Below, piece by piece: positions 29,426 to 38,288 of a DNA stretch of 64,000 bases (position 1 is the first letter of the stretch; each line of letters starts with the position of its first letter). The stretch is from an uncultured Acidobacteriota bacterium (GTDB lineage: Bacteria; Acidobacteriota; Thermoanaerobaculia; Multivoradales; JBCCEF01): contig CAVSQV010000003.1 of NCBI GenBank assembly GCA_963730155.1, forward strand, positions 1,123,226 to 1,187,225. Reading direction: 5' to 3'. A model generated the notes under the pieces. The model had not been told where the DNA came from. It saw only the letters and a list, made by a program, of their open reading frames with translations, and ran no database searches. The translations under genes and the position numbers were made by a program.

Positions 29426-30703
29426 TTACCGGCCGTGCTGGTGGCCGGCGCCCGACATCTCCGCGAGGGCGGCCTTCAGGCGCGACTCGGAGTCGATGAG
29501 GAAGTTCGCCTGCGTCGCGACCGCCTCGCCCGGCTCGACGCCGCTACGGACCTCGATCCAGCGGTCGCTCTTGACGCCCGTTTCCACCTCGCGGGGTTCC
29601 AGCGTCCCGTCCTCGTGGACGACGAACAGCACCGAGCGCTTGCCGGTCGCCAGCACGGCGGACTCGGGGACGACCGTGACGCTCCGCTGCCGCTCCTCGA
29701 TCACCACGTCCGCGAACATGTCCGGCTTGAGCGAGCGGTCGCGGTTGTCGACCTCGATGCGGACCGTCGCCGTGCGGGTCATCGGGTCGACCGTGGGAGT
29801 GATGAACGTCAGCTTGCCGGTGAAGGTGCGGCCCTCCAGGTACGGGAGGGTGACGGTGGCCGGCGTGCCGAGCGCCACCATGGCGAGCTCGGACTCGTAG
29901 ACGTCGGCGAGCACCCAGACTCGATCGAGGTTGGCGATCTCGAACATCGGCTCGCCGGGGCTGACGCGCACCCCCTCGATCGCCCTCTTGCCGAGGACGA
30001 AGCCCGAGGTCGGCGAGGCGATGGTGAGGCTCTTGCGCGCTTCACCGGTGCGCTGGAGCTGCTCGATGTCGCTGTCGCTGACGTCCCAGAGCTGCAGGCG
30101 CCGGCGGGCCGCCTCGAGGAGCAGCGGCGACTGCTTGACGGCGCGCAGCGCGAGCAGGTACTCCTGCTGGGTCGCCAGGAGCTCCGGGCTGTAGACCGAG
30201 AACAGCGGCTGGCCGCGGCGCACCTCTTTGCCGGTGTAGTCGACGTACAGCCGCTCGATGTAGCCGTCGAACTTGGTCGTCACCGTGTGGAGCCGGGTCT
30301 CGTCGACCGCCACGCGGCCGACGGCACGCACGGTGCGGCCGATCGAGCGCGTCTCGGCCGTGCCGGTCTGCACCCCGATGAGCTGCTGGCGCTGCGTCGA
30401 CATCGTGACGGTGGAGTAACCCTCGACGGCGGAAGCCGCACCCTCCTCGCCCTCGTAGACCGGTACGAGCTCCATGCCGCAGTCCGGAGCCGTCCCGGGT
30501 TCGTCGGCCTTGTAGGCGGGGTGCATCGGATCGACCCAGTAGAGGATCTTCCTCTCGGCCTCGGCATCGTGCGCGGCGTGCTCGCCGGCGGCAGCCCGCG
30601 TCGTCTCGGGCTCCGGTGCGTTGCGCTCGAGCGCCATCGCCACCAGCGCGACGGCGAGCAGCGCAGTGAGAATCCAGGGAATCGTGGTTTTCACGTCGTT
30701 CAC
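29426..30703 (-). CDS. cusB: RND periplasmic adaptor CusB with N-terminal heavy-metal-binding domain
   Basis: Contains YWVDPMHPAYKADEPGTAPDCGMELVPV followed by an MFP barrel/lipoyl region. The GTG start overlaps the cusC stop (GTGA). Confidence 0.9.
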   Translation of the reverse strand: MNDVKTTIPWILTALLAVALVAMALERNAPEPETTRAAAGEHAAHDAEAERKILYWVDPMHPAYKADEPGTAPDCGMELVPVYEGEEGAASAVEGYSTVTMSTQRQQLIGVQTGTAETRSIGRTVRAVGRVAVDETRLHTVTTKFDGYIERLYVDYTGKEVRRGQPLFSVYSPELLATQQEYLLALRAVKQSPLLLEAARRRLQLWDVSDSDIEQLQRTGEARKSLTIASPTSGFVLGKRAIEGVRVSPGEPMFEIANLDRVWVLADVYESELAMVALGTPATVTLPYLEGRTFTGKLTFITPTVDPMTRTATVRIEVDNRDRSLKPDMFADVVIEERQRSVTVVPESAVLATGKRSVLFVVHEDGTLEPREVETGVKSDRWIEVRSGVEPGEAVATQANFLIDSESRLKAALAEMSGAGHQHGR

Positions 30704-32190
30704 CTCATCGAGGACATCGGGGCATCGGAGCCGGAGGAAGGAGCGCTCGTCGTCGCGCCGGCAGCCATCCCGCCGGGCGAGCCCGTGCCGCCCGCCATGG
30801 CGGGGCCGGCCATCGCCGTGGGCACGAGGCCGGCCTCGTCGATCGCCACGCGCCATTTCGCGGCCTCGGCGAGTCTGCCGGCGTAGAGCGTGCGGTCGTC
30901 GTAGACCGCGTCGAGCGCGTCGAGCACGGTGATGAAGGGGACGCCGCCCGCCTGGTAGCTGGTGAGCGCCGACTCGAGCGACAGCTCGTCGAGCGGCAGG
31001 ATCCGATCGCGATAGAGCCTCGCCACGCGCAACGCCGCCCCCAGCCGGGCTAGGCGCTCGCGGGTACGCAGCTCGAGCTCGCGGGCCACCGCCTCGGCGT
31101 CGGCCGTACTGGCCTCGACCCGCACCCGCGCCTCCTCGAGCTGGTTGCGTTGGCGGCGATCCACCCACAGCGGCACCGAGACGCCGACCCCCACCTGCCA
31201 CATCGGGCCCATCTCGAGGCCCGGGCGGAGCATCGGCCCGCCGCTGACGACGAAGTCCGGGAGGAAGTCCTTGCGCGCCAGGTCGGCGCGCAGGTTCCCG
31301 GTCTCGATCCCCTGGCGCACCGCCGCAAGCTCGGGGCTGCGCGCGGCTGCCGCGGCGATCAGCTCGCCCGTCCCGGGAACGGCGTCGCTCTCGGGCAGGC
31401 CGGCGGCCGATTCGACTTCCGCGTCCTGGGGGCGACCCAGGAGCCGGTTGAGCTCGGCGGATCGCGCGGTGATGAGGGCCGCCTGCTCCGCCTCGAGCTC
31501 TTCGATGCGGGCCAGCTCGACCTGGGCGCGCAGCACGTCCTGCTGCACGGCCAGCCCGGCGGCGTAGCGCTCGCGTACCGCCGCCTCGATCTGGGTCGCC
31601 GCCTCGCGGCGATCCTCGATGATGCGGTCGATGGCGCGGGCGAGCGCGAGGTCATACCAGGCGTTGCGGACGCGCGCCTCGATCGCGAGCTGCGTGCGAA
31701 CGACCAGCCCGGCTTCGAGCTCGCGCGCCTCGCTCTCGGCGGTTCTGCCGGCCAGCGAGAGCTTGCCCGGCCAGGGCAGCGGCTGGCTCACCATCAGCCC
31801 CACGAAGCTGTCCTCGCTCTCGCCGAGGGAGAGATCGTTGCCGTCGTTCTGGTACGTCGTACCCAGGAACGGGTCCGGCAACGTCGCCGCCGGCGTGATC
31901 CGGCGCCGGGCGGCCTCGACGGCGGCGCGGGCGGAAGCGATCTCCGGCGTGCTCGCCAGCGCTTCGGCGACCAGACCATCGAGCACGGGATCGGGGAGCG
32001 TGGCGCGAGTCGGCTGTGCAACCGCCACGCCGGCGGCGAGCGCCAGCGGCGCCACCGCAGAAAGGACACGGGTGAAAAGGCCCAAGGTCAGTCTCCTCGC
32101 CCGCAGCGCCGAGCCCTGGGGCTCGGGTGGCGGGCAGTCCTCGTCCGTCGGAATGCGCCTCACCGGGCAACGCGCCCGGGGGAGCGTCAC
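30700..32190 (-). CDS. cusC: TolC-family outer-membrane factor (CusC-like) with a Met-rich C-terminal tail
   Basis: Two TolC repeat halves, then the tail ...TAMAGPAMAGGTGSPGGMAAGATTSAPSSGSDAPMSSMR. The N-terminal start is uncertain. Confidence 0.8.
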   Translation of the reverse strand: MTLPRARCPVRRIPTDEDCPPPEPQGSALRARRLTLGLFTRVLSAVAPLALAAGVAVAQPTRATLPDPVLDGLVAEALASTPEIASARAAVEAARRRITPAATLPDPFLGTTYQNDGNDLSLGESEDSFVGLMVSQPLPWPGKLSLAGRTAESEARELEAGLVVRTQLAIEARVRNAWYDLALARAIDRIIEDRREAATQIEAAVRERYAAGLAVQQDVLRAQVELARIEELEAEQAALITARSAELNRLLGRPQDAEVESAAGLPESDAVPGTGELIAAAAARSPELAAVRQGIETGNLRADLARKDFLPDFVVSGGPMLRPGLEMGPMWQVGVGVSVPLWVDRRQRNQLEEARVRVEASTADAEAVARELELRTRERLARLGAALRVARLYRDRILPLDELSLESALTSYQAGGVPFITVLDALDAVYDDRTLYAGRLAEAAKWRVAIDEAGLVPTAMAGPAMAGGTGSPGGMAAGATTSAPSSGSDAPMSSMR

Positions 32191-32205
32191 CTCGACCGGC
32201 GAGGA

Positions 32206-32622
32206 TCAGACGAGGAGAGACTGGTGAAGGGAAAGCAGCGCGCGGCCCGACGGCCGGGAAGGTCGGGGAACCGGCGCGGGCGCGGCAGGGCGGGTGAGCG
32301 GAGAAGCCAACGCGACGACCGCTGGGGGCGGCGCCGTATCGAGGCCAGGTCCCACACGGAGCCTCTCCGCTGCCGTGGTGGGCAGCGGCTGGGCAGCCGT
32401 CATCCCGCAGGAGCCATCGCCCGCCTCGACGCTCGGCGGCACACAGTGGCGTTCGACACAGTGGCGCTCGGTTCCCGAGGGCTCGTGGCAGGTTTCCCCC
32501 GGCAGCGCCATGCCGGGGCAGTCGGGCATGGCGCCGCAGAGCGCGACCGGAGCGCCCGCTGCCGTGAAGAGGATAGCCAGGAGGGCAAGAGCGAACCGGC
32601 CGAGGCAGTGGGGAGGCTTCAT
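32206..32622 (-). CDS. Small exported or membrane Cys/His/Met-rich protein leading the cus operon
   Basis: Starts MKPPHCLGRFALALLAILFTAAGAPVALCGAMPDCPGMALPGETCHEPSGTERHCVERHCV. Ends 13 nt before cusC. This is the C-terminal part of ORF 32206..35820. Confidence 0.55.
   Translation of the reverse strand: MKPPHCLGRFALALLAILFTAAGAPVALCGAMPDCPGMALPGETCHEPSGTERHCVERHCVPPSVEAGDGSCGMTAAQPLPTTAAERLRVGPGLDTAPPPAVVALASPLTRPAAPAPVPRPSRPSGRALLSLHQSLLV
32441..32470. repeat. 15-nt tandem duplication inside the small Cys/His-rich gene
   Basis: acacagtggcgttcg followed by acacagtggcgctcg. It encodes ERHCV-ERHCV on the minus strand. Confidence 0.7.
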
Positions 32623-32802
32623 GGCGTCTTCAGTATACGCGCGTCCAGGCTGCGCGGTTGAAACGTATTCTCGTGCGCGGGCCGCGCGGGTGCAACACCC
32701 CCCGGGGGCGGACCTGGTCCCACCCATTCGGGCGGCACGGACCACTCCGAGCGAGCCCGCGGAACGCGGATTCCGAATATCGGCGCCGCGGGCGCGGTTA
32801 GG

Positions 32803-34695
<1,893 letters not shown>

Positions 34696-34704
34696 GCTCG
34701 GCGC

Positions 34705-35274
34705 ATGAGCTCGCCGACCCGGACCGCCCGCGCCCTGACCTTTGCCGCCCTCGCCCTGCTGCCGCTCGGAGCCCGCGCCACCGCCCAGCCCGCCGCCGAG
34801 CCCGCTCTCGCGCCGCCGCCCGAGGCCGCCTTCGACTGGACCCAGGGCGCCTGGGAGGGAGTGCGGCGGGACGGCGCCGACGGCTCGGAGGCGCCGATGC
34901 GGCTCTGGGTGAACCTGATCCTCGACGGCGCCGGTCAGACCCGCGAGCTGCGGGTGATCGACGGCGAGAACACCTACCGCGGCTTCTCGGTCGTCATGCT
35001 CGAGCGCGAGACCGGCCGCTGGGTCGAGCAGTACGTCAACGACGTCCACGGCCGCTTCGTGCGCCTCGAAGCCGAGATCGAGGTCAGCGGACCGGCGGGC
35101 GCGGAGAAGAGCGTCTGGCGCCCGGTCGACCCCGGCCGCGAGCGCGAGTCGAAGCTCCTCTCCGAGCGGCTCGGCACCGACGGCTGGCGGCGCACGATGT
35201 CGGTCTCCGACGACGGCGGCGCCACCTGGCGGGTGCTCTGGACCGACGAGCTGAAGCGCAGGCGGGGGTTGTGA
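34705..35274 (+). CDS. Secreted hypothetical protein
   Basis: Signal peptide ending ARATAQ. No family recognised. Confidence 0.5.
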   Translation: MSSPTRTARALTFAALALLPLGARATAQPAAEPALAPPPEAAFDWTQGAWEGVRRDGADGSEAPMRLWVNLILDGAGQTRELRVIDGENTYRGFSVVMLERETGRWVEQYVNDVHGRFVRLEAEIEVSGPAGAEKSVWRPVDPGRERESKLLSERLGTDGWRRTMSVSDDGGATWRVLWTDELKRRRGL

Positions 35275-35319
35275 CCGCGGAGCGATCCGAGTGATCGATT
35301 CGAAATCGCTTCGAGGGGG

Positions 35320-35348
35320 TTGACAGCGTTTTCGCCCCGTGCGATAGT
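35320..35348 (+). promoter_or_regulatory. Strong sigma70-like promoter
   Basis: TTGACA (35320-35325), a 17-nt spacer, then TGc-GATAGT (extended -10, 35340-35348). Confidence 0.5.
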
Positions 35349-35354
35349 CCGCGC

Positions 35355-35569
35355 CCTTCGCCCCGAGGACCGTGAGCGACATGACGAAGAGCAGACAACC
35401 GAACCGGTCCGGACACTCGTTCCGGCCCGTCCAGCGCCCCGGCGCCGAGCGCCCGGCCTGCACCGATTCCATTCGGCGGGCCGGTGGGTTCGCGGCGCGC
35501 GGCGGACGGCGCCCGGATGCGGGAAGGGGCAACTTCTGAGCTAGGTCGAGCACCACGAGCGCTCCACCG
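35355..35569 (+). other. Short transcription unit of unknown nature: a 52-aa Arg-rich ORF (35381..35539) or a small RNA
   Basis: Bounded by the promoter above and the terminator below. My translation of the ORF is MTKSRQPNRSGHSFRPVQRPGAERPACTDSIRRAGGFAARGGRRPDAGRGNF. GAGGA lies 11 nt upstream of the ATG. Confidence 0.3.
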
Positions 35570-35607
35570 AGGCCTTCCGGGGTTGCCACCCCGGAAGGCC
35601 TTTTGCG
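35570..35607 (+). terminator. Rho-independent terminator
   Basis: aggccttccgggg / ccccggaaggcct forms a 13-bp perfect stem with a 6-nt loop (ttgcca), followed by TTTT. Confidence 0.7.
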
Positions 35608-35747
35608 TTCTGGAGGAAAAAGCGAGAAGAGATTCGAAACGACCCAGCGACGACACCCGCTCCGGCGGCGTGCCGGCCTCCCCGCGAGGGGATCGGTGGC
35701 GGTGCGTTCCGCGAACGGGTTCTGAAGGGGGTGTGGTCGAACCGAAC

Positions 35748-35822
35748 GAACGGTTAGCTCAATGGGTAGAGCACCGAACTGATAATTCGGGTGTAGCGGG
35801 TTCGAATCCCGCACCGTCACCA
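35748..35822 (+). tRNA. tRNA-Ile (anticodon GAU) with a mismatched top of the acceptor stem
   Basis: Hand-folded cloverleaf. D arm gctc/gagc. Anticodon arm ccgaa-CUGAUAA-uucgg. 5-nt variable loop. T arm gcggg-uucgaau-cccgc. 3' end is CCA if A72 is read as the discriminator. Pairs 1-72 (G.A) and 2-71 (A.C) are mismatched. Confidence 0.65.
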
Positions 35823-36266
35823 GGCGCTGAAAACGCCTTCGGTACTACCGGCTCCCCGGGGGGACGGCCCGCGCCGCCGCCCGCCGCCCGCCCGCTCCTC
35901 CGCGCGGCCTCGGCCGCCGGGGGCAGCGAGCGACGCGGCAGCGCGACGAGGCGCCCTGCGGACCGCCGATCCCGCCGCCGTCCACCGCCCGAGCCGCCGC
36001 TCCCGGCGATCCGGCGCTCCCCCGCCCCGCGGCGGAGGGGCAGCCGGCGCCCGGCGCGGCGCGCGGAGGCGGACGGACCGCGGCGGACGGCGGTCCCCGC
36101 GCCGAGCGCGCGGCGCGCGGCACGTGCGCCGTCCCTCCGGAAGCCACTTCGGGCCGCCCCCGATACGGCCTCCGCCGGTCCCGAAACCCGGCGGTTGGAG
36201 CCCGACCGGCCCGCGAGGGTTCGCGCGCGGAGCGCGAGGTCGGGTGATCGAGAGAGGAGGTATGCG

Positions 36267-37386
36267 ATGTCGATGCTGTTCATCCGCTGGACCCGCGTGC
36301 GCGAGCACGAGGTGGGCCTGGTCTTCCGGGCCGGCGTCTTCCGGCGCCTGCTCGACCCGGGCCGCCACCTGGTGGTCGACCCGCTGCTCGAGACCCGGAT
36401 CCAGAAGGTCTCGGTGCGCGAGCCCTGGCTCGACCACCCGGACCTCGAGGTGATCGTCCGCTCCGGCGCGCTCGCCGGGCGCGCCCGGGTGCTCGACCTC
36501 GGCGACCACGAGCGCGCGCTGGTCTGGATCGACGGCCGCCTGCGAGGCGGTCCGCGGCTCGGGCCTGCACGCCCTGTGGACGGTGTTCCACGAGGTGCGC
36601 GTCGAGGTGATCGACACGCGGACGGTGCGCTTCGAGCACCCGGAGCTGCCGGTGATCCTGCGGGCGACGGGCGCCGCGGTCGCACCTGCGAGACCGCCGT
36701 GGTCGCGCCGGGCTGGGTCGGCCTGCTGTTCCAGGACGGCCGGCTACGTGGCGACGCTGCGAGCCGGGCGTGCACGCGTTCTGGCGCGGCGAGGGCGACG
36801 TGCGGGTGATGCACGATCGACCTGCGCGAGCAGGCGCTCGACGTCGGCGGCCAGGAGATCATGACCGCCGACAAGGTCACCCTGCGGCTCAACGCCTGGT
36901 CACGTACCGGGTGGCCGATCCGGTGCGGCGGCGACCGAGGTCGAGGACGCACGCGCAGGCGCTCTACCGCCAGGCGCAGCTCGCGCTGCGGGCGTGGTCG
37001 GCACCCGCGAGCTCGACGCCCTGCTGCCGACAAGGACGGCGTCGCCGCGCGAGCTCGACGGCGACGCTGCGGGCGCGCGCCGAGCGGCTTCGGCCTCGAG
37101 GTGCGCGGCCGTCGGCATCCGCGACGTCATCCTGCCGGGTGAGATGAAGGAGATCCTGAACCGGGTGACCGAGGCGCGGAAGGCCGCCGAGGCCGCGCTG
37201 GTGACCCGGCGCGAGGAGACCGCGGCGATCCGCTCGCAGGCCAACACCGCCCGCATCTTCGAGTCGAACCCGACGCTGATGCGGCTGCGCGAGCTGGAGG
37301 TCCTGGAGAAGGTCGCCGAGAAGGCCAACCTCACCGTCGTCCTCGGCGACGGCGGCCTCGCCGACCGGGTGGTCAAGCTGCTGTGA
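36267..37386 (+). pseudogene. SPFH/band-7 (slipin-type) protein, reading frame broken many times
   Basis: SPFH-like sequence switches among all three plus frames. Pieces include MSMLFIRWTRVREHEVGLVFR.., FHEVRVEVIDTRTVRFEHPELPVIL, ETAVVAPGWVGLLFQDGR, MTADKVTLRLNA, VTYRVADPV and, intact from about 37110, IRDVILPGEMKEILNRVTEARKAAEAA...VVKLL. Confidence 0.8.
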
Positions 37387-38122
37387 TCTGTTTCTCTTCT
37401 GCGCCGTCCCCGACCGGGGGCGGCGTTTCTTCATTGGGCGGGGCGCCCTCCGCGGCGGGCGCCGGCGGGTGGGCGTCGAGCCAGGCCTCGACCTCCTCGG
37501 GAAGGAAGCCGAACGGGCCCGGCTTGCCCTTGTAGGCGATGCGGCCGTCGCCGCCGACGACGTAGAGCCGCTCCGGCCAGCCCGAGTAGAGGTGCATGAC
37601 GTCGTTGCCGGCGCCGTCGATCAGGAGCGGAATCCCGTAGTCGAAGCGATCGACGAAGTCGCGCGCGATGGCCAGCCGCTCCTCGAGGTTCCTGGGCTGC
37701 CGGTAGCAGACCCCCTGCTCCTCGTTGCTTTCCATCTGCCACTCGTCCTCCGGGTGCGCCTCCTTGATGTAGACGGTGCGGAAGACGGCGCGGTCGGCGT
37801 ACCGCTCGGCCATCCCTTCGAGGCGTTCGACCGAACGCCGGAAGGGGGGTCACGTGAAGCTGCCGAAGACGAGCACCAGCGCCTTGCCGTCGCGGTCCGC
37901 CAGGAGCGGAACGCCGGACGTGCCGTCGAGGGCGGTGAGCTCGGCGTCCGGAGCGGGGTCTCCGACCTGGAGCTTCCCCTCCTCGCGCTGGTCGTAGAGC
38001 AGCATGCCGATCAGGTTGCGGGGGCCGCCGACCATGTAGGTGAAGCCGGCGAGGGCGACGAGCGCGAGGACGACGACGCCGAGCGCGGTGCGTCGGAGGA
38101 TGCGGGCGGTGCGTGGGGTCAT
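37373..38122 (-). CDS. Iodothyronine-deiodinase-like thioredoxin-fold selenoprotein (in-frame UGA = Sec), N-terminal TM anchor
   Basis: ORFs 37850..38122 and 37373..37813 share one frame and are joined by a TGA plus 12 sense codons. Joined sequence: ...ALVLVFGSFT-U-PPFRRSVERLEGMAERY..YIKEAHPEDEW..PERLYVV..GPFG. This matches the deiodinase FGSxT(U/C)PPF motif. Confidence 0.8.
37814..37846 (-). promoter_or_regulatory. Candidate bacterial SECIS element
   Basis: Hairpin CCUUC-C-GGCGUUC-[GGUC]-GAACGCC-UC-GAAGG. The 7-bp upper stem starts 10 nt after the UGA. The GGUC apical loop matches the E. coli fdhF SECIS. Confidence 0.7.
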
Positions 38123-38288
38123 GGCGTCGGGCCCTCGATCGGCGGTCGGTTCGTGCGGATTCTAACGCAGACCGCGGCGCGCGAAGCTCATCCGCTCGCC
38201 GCTCCAGCTCCTGCGCCCGCACCGGCGGCCGTGCTACGCTTCAGCAGATAGCTGAGTCTCGATCGATCGGCCCTGCGGAGGTGCCCCG

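Noticed and set aside
35823-36266. About 440 bp of extremely GC-rich sequence after the tRNA, considered as a gene, ncRNA or integration remnant.
   Set aside because: No frame gives a protein-like translation. I found no repeats matching the tRNA 3' end and no integrase nearby. It is mentioned only within the tRNA finding.
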